From positions 7,590,850 to 7,654,849 of the forward strand of contig NC_134029.1 in assembly GCF_964204645.1 (NCBI RefSeq): 64,000 nt of DNA, given 5' to 3'. The stretch comes from Tubulanus polymorphus. Its lineage: Eukaryota; Animalia; Nemertea. Position 1 is the first letter of the stretch; every line of letters starts with the position of its first letter. Below are positions 13,833 to 42,300 of this stretch, one piece after another. Under the pieces are notes generated by a model that did no database searches, was not told the DNA's origin, and saw nothing but the letters and a program-made list of their open reading frames with translations. A program made the position numbers and the translations under genes.

Positions 13833-13925
13833 CTGAGGAATAATCCCTGCAAGGCGGTTAAAACTTAAATAACCGGGAGCAATTTCAGGTCGTGCTTCAC
13901 GAAACTCCGTCGGCCATTTTGTTTA
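13833..13925 (-). other. TAF1: Probable non-coding first exon of TAF1, containing a short uORF (MADGVS*, 13897-13917)
   Basis: Minus-strand donor CAG|GTTAGT at 13833/13832. A poly-T/AG acceptor lies 10 nt upstream of the TAF1 ATG (12752). A YY1-like AAAATGGCCG lies at 13911-13920. The 5' end is approximate. Confidence 0.55.
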
Positions 13926-14267
13926 TACAGCCATCGACCCAAAACAATCATGATGCACGTAATTGTAATCGGTTAAAATGCATTTTTGCGGTACCCAATT
14001 AGAAAAATGAAGATATTCTATTTATCTAAGCATTCTATTTTGTATTTTCTACTTAGAAAAAATGTTACAAGAAGCTACAGAAAACGATTTAGGTACCATA
14101 AAAATGGGTTTCGAACTAACTTATAAATAGCCGGCGCATCATTAATTCACTGCAGCGATCATAAATACCACCAATAATTTTTTTCCAGAGAAAAATGAGA
14201 AATGTCGAATCGTTATGACATAAACTCTTCAATTTGACGTTAGATCCGACACACGTTACTAATCAAA
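13926..14267. promoter_or_regulatory. Putative bidirectional promoter and KIF3A 5' UTR between TAF1 and KIF3A
   Basis: Head-to-head arrangement, with about 350 bp between the inferred TAF1 first exon and the KIF3A ATG at 14268. Confidence 0.55.
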
Positions 14268-25787
<11,520 letters not shown>

Positions 25788-28463
25788 GCGGATGGTTTTC
25801 GACGCGATTGATAATCTTTGGTAGCCCAACACGCGCATAAGTATTCCTCGTTAACTCGCGGTCTTCGTAGCTTGTATTCTACTGTCAATGTTAGAAATTT
25901 TCTTGCCTATGTAATATCATGCTCCTATCATGGCTACTGTATTTAGAATTTGTAGGGGAAAATCCATGGCATTGATTAAAGGGGCCAAAGCCGATCATGG
26001 AGAAATCGATGGCCCAGTTTTATGAATCAAGACTAGTTCAATTCACATCATTTCGTTTCATGAAATCTTACCGAATTTAAGCCTTTAAGTCTAGTTTCTA
26101 GAACCGGAACCAAAGGCAAAGACACTTTCTTGCTGTATGGAGCTGAGCAAAAATATTCTTAATTCTACATTCCGAAACTCAATCCTGGTGAATTAAGTGA
26201 TGTTAAGTAAATCTCGTTCATCTAAGAACCTGATAATGAGTAAGGTATCGAAACAAGATATAGCGTACTTCATGAATGGAACCAAATTAGTTTTTTAAAC
26301 ATACTTCATACGTCTGCAATGCTTACCAGGAAATATATTTGGTAGAATTCTTCTCTGGTGTGATCAGTTTAAGCAAGATATCCCAAAATTGTGAGTAGGG
26401 ATGGATACAGGAAAAGTCATTTTACTTTGATCAGAATACAGTCAAATGAACAGTGGACTGCAGTGCGTTGTATGTTACTCTAAAATATTATTATTATTAT
26501 ATTATTTATTTTGTACATAAAGCACTTGTAAATATTGGATACCTGTATTAATTTATTAGTTTAGAAATTCGGGTAAGAATGGATTATGTTGTTCTGAATT
26601 ATTGGCTTGAAAAAAAATGTGCTGGCAGATGTTTATTGTCTTCGAAGCCATATCGGGATGAATCATTCATACACTTTTTTAATGAATTTTCACTTCCAAG
26701 TTTGTTATGAATTCCTTTTATCACATGTGTAGAACATATTTGTGTAATGTACATTAAAGCCTGGCACATATGGATGAATGCTTCTTGTGGCAGCAAACCG
26801 GGAGTGTTTGTAACATATGAATGCAAGTAGTATTTCAGTAGACTAGCTTGATCGAATCAGTAATACAGGTATTATTTTGCAGCTTGGAACCACTTGTACA
26901 GACATTCACTATGTTCTATGAAGTCTCGACAAACACTTTCTGAGAGTAAGCCTATGTTTACAAAACGTCCTGTTAATATTCAATTAAAAATCTCTGGTGA
27001 AGTGACAGTGAATTATGGGTGATAAAAAATCTGAAGAATGTCAAATTGTTGAACGTCTGAGCAAGGTGGGTCCAGGCAACCGAGGTTTGTGACTGAAATA
27101 ACGAAAATATGTTCCAAGCGATGTTGTCATTCCATGTGTGCCAGCCTTCTAAGTTTCCTATTCAAATTGTTGCTTATGTCCCACCTACATAACATTGATT
27201 TTCTGGTAATTGACAATAAGTTTGTGTTTGCCATTGCTTTTGGCTGGCTAGAATCAAAATGTACTAAAGTTGTTTTCTTGTGATACTAAATAAATGTTTT
27301 TTCCAAGAAAATTAAACGTGCAGTGCACATTGTTATTAAACTGCAAAAGAGTAGAACCTCGATAACCAGACTAGAGGACATGTTATCTAATTAATTCGGA
27401 TTGGTAGGAAATTTTTATTCTTATTCCAATCGGATTTCTCAAGAAAGGTCAGTGTTGAGAGAATGTAGCCTAGATGCTTTGTCCCAAGTAAGGGCGAGTG
27501 CACACCGATCTCTATCATCTTAAGCTAAAGCAGTACCTCCTGGGTTAAGAAGAGGTGATAAGTCTGAAAGGAGAAACCTTCCTCGTCTAATTAAATGGTA
27601 GCTGAAATCAAGTGCTCATCCAAGTAGAGAATAAGACCTCAAACTTTCGGTTTTGAGACTATGAATACCCCTTCATCTACCCAAAGTCAACTTTCAGTGG
27701 ATTGTTGATATCTTAACTCTACTGGTAATCAAATAAATGAGGTGAACAACTGTAACAACTTAGCAATGACATATACAGAGTTGGATCTCATCAAAACTAA
27801 AATAAGTGATAAACAGTTGTCTCTGCTCAAGTCGGATTCGTTCAACTCGGATGTTTGTTGCAATATTTCTTGTGACACTATAATATTAAATACATAAACA
27901 TCTAAGTTGGAAATCAATAAAGTCAGACGCATTTTTACAGTCCTGAAAGATCCGACTCGAGCAGAGTCTACTGTACGCCGATAACCTGCCATAGAAAACA
28001 GAATCACGGCGATATGAATTCTATGTAAAAGAGACGAGGATAAACAGGATAAAAATTTATTGATAAAATATGAGTTGTTTCCACATTTTTGACAAATAAT
28101 ATAACTACATGTACACTTTTAATGTCTCATTATTTCCTACAATGCATTTCCCTGATTATGTAAATCTGATTTACGAGAAAATTCCATTTCATGTTCTCCT
28201 CTTTTTCACATCGATATTTTACAACGAACAAGTATTAATTAATGATCACGTACGCCGATGACAACAATTACAGATTTCGCATCGATATTCTGCTCAGAAT
28301 ATTACGCAATATTATTAGTCGGTACTGCTTTCGAATCGCGTAGTAGCAAAGGCCTGATTCAGTCCCGTCTCGTTCATGCTACCAGCTGTATGTATCCACA
28401 TGCCAGGGCTGCTTGATTTTCGTTAAACGCAATTATCACAAGTACGAAACGCATTTATCAAAC

Positions 28464-32581
<4,118 letters not shown>

Positions 32582-33468
32582 ACTTTAGAAAATGTTCGTA
32601 CTAGAAAAATGTTCGCATAAGAAAATAGATCTCCGATACATCGGAGTGGAGGATGTTGATCGAGACGGGAATACAATGTATAACATGTCGTAAGGAAAAA
32701 ATCTCAATCCAGACCAATTCAATCCAACTTATATTGATTCAGAGCCTGAGCACTGGGCCAAAAAATTGATTCGCAAGAAAGTTTCATGACGACGGAGAAA
32801 ACAATATTATTCTTTTCTTTTTTCCAATACCACCCAAATCTTCTCTTATTTTCTCTCATGTTAGATAATATATGGGTCACCGCACGCCTTTAAAAGACAT
32901 TTTGATTTTGTTAACTTAAAGCACCGGGAAGCGCCCGGTCAAACGTTTGAATTACGTATTTGATATCCTAAAAATCCCAATCCCCCGTAAAAAGCTTCCC
33001 AACTCAGTTTCCTAATATAGGATAGGACTAAGATAAAAACTAGATAATACGTTTTATACTTTCTGGAAACACTTTTGTACATAGATGTTCTATTATCCAA
33101 GGTAAATATTGAAACCATAACACGTGGGAGATTTTGAAATTCTTTTCCAACATATATTAAGAATAATTGAAATATTTTTTTAAACCAAAATTGGGGGATT
33201 TTTACCTTTACCGAGGAGATAAGTACGGTCATCATTAACCTCAAATTATGCTACATTACTGATATGGATTATATCAGGACTCGTCAGATATGGAAATCGG
33301 TTAGTAAGGATGTCGGTTTAACGACATCTGTGTAACGGGTTTATGCGAAGACCAATCATGCATAAGCTATGCATAATTAATAATTGGAGTGTATATTACA
33401 GGTATTTGATCCAGTTCAAAATTATAAATACTCATTGCATCACGTGAAAAACATACTTTTTGATTATC

Positions 33469-34359
33469 ATGGGTGACAAAATATACAGCAACGCTTTCGT
33501 TTCGTTTCGGAAATTTTGTGCTTGTTGCTTTAGAAATTCGACCTTTGCAACATCCATGAACTAAGCCAAAGTTTTTCGTTGCTGTTTCGAGGACAGTGCC
33601 GTTAAAGAAAACAGAGGATTGAGAGTACTGTCGGTCGGCCCTGCTCATGGAAATTTGCTTGAAGACACGGTGTATACAGTTGGAGAAGATGTTAAAATTG
33701 ATCAGATAGATTGCGTGGAACCGAATACTCACATGGTGGTTGAGCTTAAAGAGAGGATGAGTTTACTGGCCAGTAAGTTCAACTTCACTCATTCGATACA
33801 TACCCAACCATTTTCGAAAGACAGTGGCTCATTTCTACCGAATAACTTCTACGATTTATTGGTGTTTTCACATGTCTGCTATCACTTTGATGATTTCGCT
33901 GCTATTTTGGAGTGGTCACTATTTCAATTCACTCACAGAAATGGTCGAGCTTATATTGCAATCGAAGTAAGTGATAGCGTTTCCACTATACGTGACGATA
34001 TCGAAAGCGCTTTATCAAAAAACGCCGACACAAAATCGCATACTCGAGCTGAAAAAGCCAACATTAACGCTGTTTTAGCCGAAACGAAAACTCAAACGCT
34101 TTCGCATACAGTTGGTGAACTTGGAGCAGTAGTTCATTTCGCTTTGATGCCTAGTCGACCGTGTATCAGTGAACGGGATAAATAAATTCGTAAATTGGCT
34201 GATGAGATCCTCACGTTCTTTGCTGAAAGAGATGTCAGTAAAGTAACGGACACCGAACGCGCCATAATCCAAAATATAATTCGTAAATATACAGTTGAAA
34301 GTCATGGATTTCCTATAGTTCCATATACTGTTGAAACCGTTGTCATCGCTAGGAAATAA
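33469..34359 (+). pseudogene. Histamine N-methyltransferase-like class I methyltransferase frame with two in-frame TAA stops
   Basis: One frame runs from ATG 33469 to TAA 34357-34359, with internal TAA at 33562-33564 and 34183-34185. Motifs: YSNAFVSF, LRVLSVGPAHG, CVEPN, YDLLVFSHVCYH. No coding introns; possible 5' UTR acceptor at 33401. Confidence 0.7.
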
Positions 34360-35425
34360 TGAAACAAAATTCAGTATATATTTCTTATTTCTACAATGAT
34401 AGCACATATATTTTTAATCAGATTTCCAATCTTGCAATATTACAATTTTGTATATGGGATATATCTGGATATTTTAAATCGCTGTGGTGGGTTTATTATT
34501 GAATAAACAATCTTGATGTATAAGGGATACATGGTTTTCAAATAGTAGTGGTGGGTTTGAATAGATTTTGATATTGTAATGTCTTACAGATTGGTAAAAG
34601 TATGGTAAATAAAAGCTTTCAAAAAATAATGCCTTTAACAGAAACGACGATATCCAGTCTAATATTGTCTTTAGTGTGATGGGTATCAGTTCATAAGCAG
34701 TAGGAATATATGAACAAAAGCTGGAGTTCGTGGCCGCGGTTGGTGTCGGACTACCTGCGTGGATGCTCGTCACACATTATGAATATAAATAGAAGTTTTA
34801 TTAGTCGACATTGTCTGATTATGACGTTATACTACGTAGGGCACACCATACATGGGTCGGTGGAATGTGACGCGAAACTATGTGAACGTCGGGCCATGAC
34901 GTGGAGCTAAGAGCCTGCACGCGTCACTTAAAAAGCAAAAAAAAAACAAATTATCTGAAGGGAGGGTTTTGGCCAAAGGGAGAAGTTTGAGTGGATTCGG
35001 AAGTGAGAACAAATGAAAGATCTAGAGTAAAGTAGGCCGTCAGCCAGGGTCTGCAAAGAAAGAGGCTTTGTCAATACCAGGTTGTGAACAATTATTAGAT
35101 GGAACTATAGATTGAAGAAAGAGTTCGAGTCAGTTTTTGTCTCTCTAAGAGGATTTTATGCCGAAAGAAACGACACTGGTGAGATAATACACCCGACAAC
35201 TGGAGGAATAAAACAAACAACAAACTAAGCCGTGATATATTGATGCTATTAATGGTCATGCAAATTCCATATGTCAGTTGTCACGTTGTTAATTGCCATC
35301 CTTGCGTAGCCATTCCCATTCCCTTGTCAGATCCAAAATAAACCAGTTAGAAATTTCGAATCGAAAAATTATTCAATAAAGAAAAAAACTATTAATACAT
35401 TGATCGACAAAAAAACACAAATCCT

Positions 35426-37176
35426 TTAGTTCGATTTGAACCAAATTTCGTTATGTCGGTTAAATAGCTTGAATGGAGCATCGTAACCAGCCGTGAAGAA
35501 GAAACTGTTGTCAAAGGCTTTCTCATTTCCAATCGCATCGGCAAGTTTCATCGCTTCCTGAGCCCAAGCATCGAATCTGACGTAATAACCGCTAAACTGC
35601 CTAAAATGTAGAAAACATGTGATGTTAAATATATTAAATCTTTTATTCAAGTATTTCTAACAGGAATTGTCTCTTTTGCCCGACTTCAGAAGTTGATTTA
35701 GCTGGAGAAAATTTGCGATTATATTATGCTAATCATCAATTGCCACCATCAAGCAACTTATAAGCCAATATTTACTGGGCACTAGTTTTGCCGATCATTG
35801 ATTCGCGATGGATTGTAGCGAATGTGCTATTCCCAGCCTCACAGGAACGAACCAACTACTTATTGTTTGACGATTTACCTGACGTATATCAAAGTTTCTG
35901 GCATCTCTGTGAAGAATACATCCTTATTCGTAGGCATAGGAGCATCAGCATTCGGTACATAGAACGACATGGTGAAGTTACTATCGCAAGCCGGGCCGGC
36001 ACCAGCAATGAATCGCGTGGTAACTGGACACGTCATCGGTATCTTTTGTTCTACGGATTGGAATGGGAGCAGAATTCGTTACATTGCGCCTGGATATAAT
36101 GATATTACATGGAAATATAATATATTTCATATCGATAGATGTCATTTCTAAAGCAATGAAGAATTAAGACTCGAAAATATATTGAACACGCCACTGAGGC
36201 AATAAAATGCAAACCATTTACGAGACTATTTGTTGAATTCATTGAGAAAAACTCATAGTTGTAAAATAAGTCATGCTTTCCTGATTTGAATCGATTGTGA
36301 TTGCCGGGACACTTACTTGCTGCATTTTCTCCCGAGATATACTTAAACAATTTCATAAACATTGTATTCATGGTTTTCATGTTGTATTCGATGCCAATTA
36401 TTCTCGTTGATACCCATTTACTCGGGGCATATTTACGTAGCTCGTAATCCTGCCATCAGAAAAGCCCGTATGAAATGAACCTGTTTTAGTATTTTGGATA
36501 TGTTTTGACAGGATCTGACATTAGTTTTTTCGACGACCTCGTATTTCGGGCAGTCAAGTCCATTACAGAACTTCGGTCGATCATTGGGTTATATTTGGGT
36601 TATCAGATTCATAGGATAATTGCATATTGCATATAAACGGCTTTTGAGAATTAATACGTTAGTTTCCCATTCATCAGATTCAAAATTGTAGATTAATACT
36701 GGACGATGAAAAACAGAGGATTTGTTATTTGAAATATACGTTCTAGTTAATTCCAATCGATGGGAAACAGATGTTGTTAACGTGATAAAACTACGCAATG
36801 AGTCGCGAGAGACGAATCAAATTTTAGTCCCACAATCACAGGATCGAAAAAGATTCTAAAAAAAGAAACTATCAAAATTTATCAAAAACTCGAATGTTCG
36901 GTTTTATACTCTTGAAACACTCTTTTTTATACTCTTGAAAATGGTTTTTAGTATAAAACCGAAAATTCGAGTTTTTAATAAATTTTGATAGTTTCGATTT
37001 AAAAAAATCTTTTTCGATCCTGTGAATGTGGGACTTACATTTACAGATGTTGTTATTCTGAGTTAACGTTCTTTCGGGGGTCTTCATATTTCATGAAGTT
37101 CTGTTTTAATAAACAAGATGAAGGCTTACCTGCTTAAGGCTTGTTGTATCCCAGACTGGTAAGTGTACGCGGTCAT
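35426..37176 (-). pseudogene. SOUL/heme-binding protein 2-like gene; exons 3-5 intact, exon 2 disrupted
   Basis: Exons: 37130-37176 (tentative), 36520 to about 36610, 36317-36449, 35879-36050, 35426-35600. SOUL motifs: PKFCNGLDCPKYEV, DYELRKYAPSKWVST, FMKLFKYISGEN, KIPMTCPV, FFTAGYDAPFKLFNRHNEIW. Exon 2 has an in-frame TAA (36589-36591) and no AG acceptor. The family call is firm; pseudogene status is less so. Confidence 0.7.
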
Positions 37177-37363
37177 CGCCAACTTATTAACAGGAGAAAT
37201 CCCAGATGTTTGGCCGTTAAGATTACATTGAACTTTTAGAATTGTCTGTATGCAGATTCAACTTCGATGAGCTGTGCGGAAAATACAGTCGTTTCTAAGA
37301 AATTCACACATGTCGATGTCATACCTCCAATCTATATGTTACAGCTCTGTCCTGGACCGCACT

Positions 37364-37435
37364 CGCGATCACACGAGCATTTTTGGCCTGGGTCAAATTT
37401 GGCCCGTGCTGAATCGTCTCCGTGTGATCGCGGCT
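37364..37435 (-). mobile_element. Internally deleted copy of the AGCCGCGATC MITE family
   Basis: CGCGATCACACGAGCATTTTTGGCC...ATCGTCTCCGTGTGATCGCGGCT. Confidence 0.65.
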
Positions 37436-39394
37436 ATTGTATCAATATGACCTACCGCGATCTCCTCTCTCAGACACCCTCATTTCTATATGAATAGGCT
37501 ACCACGGTTCCGGGCTCAGGCTCAAACTCCGAAATTACCATGGGTAAATTACCATGGCCCATTGCATTTTGGTCAATAGCCAAATTTCATTAAGACTTAC
37601 TTTTTGCATTTTGACTAAGTAGCCGAAAGACAGACAAATACAGACAGACAGTCCCGGAATAAGGGTCTCACAGAAACCCGAGAACCAATAACCATTATGG
37701 GTCAGACATCCTCATTTCTGTGCTCTCTCCTCGATAAGATGTATGCATATCCTGGGTCATAAAAAACAGCTTCATCGTGCACTTTTTTTGTTCAATATTT
37801 CAATAGTTTATTGTCATTAACATTTCTTCCCTGGTTAAAATAACATTTATTTACATATTTTTTTCGAACTAAGAAGAAGTTCGTCATCACAGTCTCGAAG
37901 AGATCATCATCACATGTATGATTTGCACATTTTCTTTTCTACTCGAAGTTTCACAGTTTTAAATATATACGTTTGTATAATATAACATCGACACCATCAC
38001 ATACACATCCACTAGCGGCTGCTACGATTAAAACACTTAAATTGACTAAATCTAATACATTTAACATTCATATCATATATATATACACAATCAACTATCT
38101 TTATGTATGCATATATTTCCCTAAACCAAAGTCGAAATTCTTTCAGCATCATCTAAATTTAATACGGTACATACATTTCAGCATCTCGAATGCATCAGCA
38201 ACTCAATAAATCAAGTCATGGAAAAATATCATGCAATTTTTCATAATATATTCATAATTTATCATTTTATACAAGAATAGCTAGTATTTCTAAACTTATC
38301 GCTACTTTTTGCTCTCCGATACATGTATTCAAATATAAATTTGAAAGCTTTTTTTCCTTTCAAAAATAAATAATAAAATATATTTCTTATGTTGCCATTC
38401 ACTTTTGTTCATTCGTCGAAATCAGTTTCATGAAACAAGTATTAATCGGTTTTTGATTTTCAGCAGCTACTACTATTGGTTAAACAGAAAGTTTTGAATT
38501 CATAACCGAATAGTAAAAACTAGGGATGAATACATATCACTTATAAATCTACCTACGTAATTTTCTAATCACAGAAAATCAACAAAAAGTACATTGTACT
38601 GGTATTACATTACAAATGATATCATTACAATGTTTAATATTGTATATTATGGCGACAGAGAACCAACAACTAGTAAAGGCCCTGTTTTATAGACCAGAGG
38701 CAGGTTTCACAGAATGACTTAACATTTCATTTAACTTTGATCAGTATAATGTTAACAGGTTCTAATGAAACTTGTTCCAGGTCAAGACTCTGGATGACTC
38801 TTTGAGTAAAAATGTTGCATTGAGTCAAATTTTAGCTCCCAGCTGTGAAACCGATTCCAGTCTAAGCTTCAATACTATCCTAAACTCGATTAAGTTAAGC
38901 CTCCCCTAGTCTACAAACAATCCGGGCACAAGTATACATTATAACATATTCATGTCTATATTTGTTCATAGTCCTGCGTCATATGTTTATCCAATGGTAA
39001 TCGATTATTAAGAATATTATCATTACTCATACTGCAGTACCATAGATCCTCCATACTAGTACCTCAGAATATCACCTTATTCAGACAACTTGTACAGACA
39101 AGTCAGAAAGAGGTTCTAAAATGATACCGAGGATTTATCATTCATAGAATAATCTATAGAAGAGGATATTTTGTGAGAGTGATACGAGTACATGTACAGT
39201 AGAATTTGCTTAATTAGAATTTTTCAATCCGGATTTTCATTTAATTCTGATGAAATATTTGGTTCATTTAACATGGAACCATGTAAACCATCATTCATAA
39301 TTCAGATTCTACATAATTCGGAGAAATCTGGGCAGTCCCTAGAGATCCGAATTAATTGAGTTCTACTGTATAAACCAATTTTTTGCAAAAACAT

Positions 39395-42300
39395 TCAACA
39401 TTTAGTAGCTTCATCCGTGTACAATATACTCGTATCTAGAATACCGCTGCGTGAATCGTTATCTTGTAAACCGCCGTCATCGGAGGCGCCATTATCTTCA
39501 TCTTCCGTTTTCACCAGATCGTCGCCGTTTGTTTCGAGTTCGTTGATGACGATTTTCGCCAGATCGCTCATGCTGTCGCTTTCCGACATCGAAATCTGTC
39601 GCAGCCGATGTCGAATGACGCGTTCCATTTGCTGTTTCTCGCTTTCTTCGGCGTGTTTCAGCATGACCGCTTCGTTTTTCAGCGCTTGCTGTCGCGGCGG
39701 CGCCGGTTTGCGTTTGTCGCGTTTCGACAATTTTGGCGCGCGCACCGGCGGCTCGTTTACGCCCTCGAGCGACGACGCAAAGAATACGCGGCTCGCCCGC
39801 GGAGTCGTCGGACTACCAGACGGACTATCGGGCAATATGCACGACGTGTCTATCTCGTCGGTTATGCTCGTGTACTCGGATCGTAGAGCGGTTAATATCG
39901 GCGGGATCGGCGTATACGCGACCGGATTTGCTACGTCGCCGGCAGCCGACGCCGTATCGTCGAAAGTGCGTTCTTTCTCCGGCGTAGAGACGTTCGGAAG
40001 CATTTCCGCCGAGGCCGAACGCTTGATATCGTTGATATCACCGGCGCCGCCGAGTTTATTAGGCTGAACGCTTGAAGATATACTATTGAGAGAAACCGTG
40101 GAATCAGTTTTCGACGTATTGTTATTCGTTTGAGGCTTCGATACGGTGAGAACGTTTTGCATCGCGCTTTGCTGATCGATGGTTTTCTTATCTTCGGCAA
40201 CTTGTTCGCGCAGTTTGCCGATGTGCAGAGCTTTGCGCCGGTGGAACAGTGACGATTTCGGAGGCGTGCTCATGTACGGTTTCGGCAACGGAACGGCAAG
40301 AAAGTTGCGCTGATGCGATATCGAGCTGCCCTCCGGCACGGTGGGAACTGTCATGCTACGAAAAAACGGCGGCCTTCGCACATACGGCTTCGTGTAGTCG
40401 GTGAACGGTTTCAGTCGACTTTCTTTGATCGGTTTCTTTGAATGAACGATAAGCGGCGACGCGCACGAGCGTAAACTTAAATCATGGACAGATGTAGACG
40501 CACTCGAAATATCGCCGAAGTCATCGCACAAACTATCTTGTGGAGTTAAAGTCATGGTGTCCGACGATAATTCGCCTTGTTGAGTGATATCTTGTTGCAT
40601 GTACGCTTGTTCGGCCATGAATTGATGAATTGACTGCAACGAATCAGCCGTTTGCAGCAGCAAATCTTCAAGTTTAGCCAATCGGTAGTCAACCGTTTGT
40701 AAAGACAGCTTCAACGAGTTTCCACGCTGATTCATGTCGTCGAGTCTCAGAGACATGTTTTCGACTCTGTAAAAAATAAGAATGAATGACTGTTGACTGA
40801 AAGGTGTCGTTAAATTCGCTTAAAATAACTTATAAGGGCAAGATAAACCTCTGTTTGTTCTAAATTTTCTGTGGGAGGGCCACCAGAACCCCCACCAATA
40901 TTTGGCTTGCAGCCCTCGCATTGCCAAATCTTCCCTTTTCAAATTAAGTACCCATTCTAATTTCAAGGTCCATGCCTTCAAAGAATCTTAGATCTGCCCT
41001 GCCCTTGAAGATGACTACCTCTACAAAATCCCCCATAGGGAAGATGGAGGATTTGTGGGACAGCTTTTATCATTTCTGTAACGGTCTATGATACCTACCG
41101 TTCATTAGTCTGACGAATACGTTCATCGGTCGACCTGGCCAAACGATTTTCCCGCTCGCGGAAATAATCTTCAATACATTCCTCTTCAAAGTCATGCAAC
41201 TTCTCGACATCCTCATCAGACAAAAACAGTTCTGGAAATAAACACAACAAACATAAAAATTACTTCGTTTAGGCTTTGTCGCCACCAATGCCACAGGCAC
41301 ATTGGAAGCAATTTTTGATTGCTGTGGTCAATAGCCGATTTTTGACAGGTTCTGCTGTTATATTGCCGCAACGAATTTACTTCAATTTCTTCAAAACCAT
41401 GATATTCAAAGATAAAAAACGTAATTCAGTGTATAATTGCTGTGGCTTTCACCACTGTGCAAGCAACTTTCACAGATGAAAATTTGACCAGTTTTGAAAT
41501 TGATTTAAATCATTGAATCAACTGCATTAATGTCCTCGAAAATTATTGAGACATTGTAAGCAATATAAACTTACTCAATCCATTATCGAAGAAATCTCTC
41601 TTTCCCTTACATTTCCTCCTCAGAAACCGTACAACCATCACAAAATGGCTGATTACTATTGCAGGCGGTGGTAATAATGGCTTTTGTTCGTACTCTAGCG
41701 TCAGACTGTATCTTTGAAACTTCCACACTTGTCGGGATATACCATTCACAGCTTGAAATGTGCTACTGTAACGTGCAAAATTAGAAGCCGGTTAAACATA
41801 GTGACTGAACAAGAATCCTGGTAAAGCCACATCCTAACATGCGCCATTATCCTATGCAGAGATTTAAATGTGATGGTTTTGAGAATTTACCATAGTGCCA
41901 TAGAAGACTGGCAGTATTGCCGGGATATGTGTAGCCAATGTTTAAATATTTTCTGACACAATTGATTACTTACTTAAATACAGCTATAAGCAGATTGATT
42001 AGAAGGATGTTAGCAACGAGAAGATATACAGCCATAATAGCTGGAGTGAGCCATCGTCCCGGGTGACAAGGGACTTCACCTTGACCACCACATTCGGCTG
42101 AAATAAGAAACGAATATTGCAATCAGTTCGCCTGAAAAAATATGATGCCTGTCATTGCCGTCCAAACACGTAAAGACATGCATAAAGTGTAAATGAAGAC
42201 AGTTGAAACAAAGAATGATCATAAATTATGTAAATAAATGATAGTCCTGCCAACACCTCTGAGAAGGGCTACAACTTACGATCAATTTCGGGGGCGTAAA

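Noticed and set aside
33562-34185. Selenocysteine recoding or an alternative genetic code explaining the internal stops
   Set aside because: Both stops are TAA, not TGA, and neighbouring genes terminate normally at TAA.
37500-39394. Alpha-kinase exons that would make the channel TRPM6/7-like
   Set aside because: Only AT-rich, UTR-like sequence lies between the TRPM stop and the SOUL gene.
39417-40200. Overlapping ORFs (216, 92, 84 and 89 aa) within the TRPM last exon
   Set aside because: Antisense or off-frame shadows of a GC-rich coding exon; no recognisable domain.
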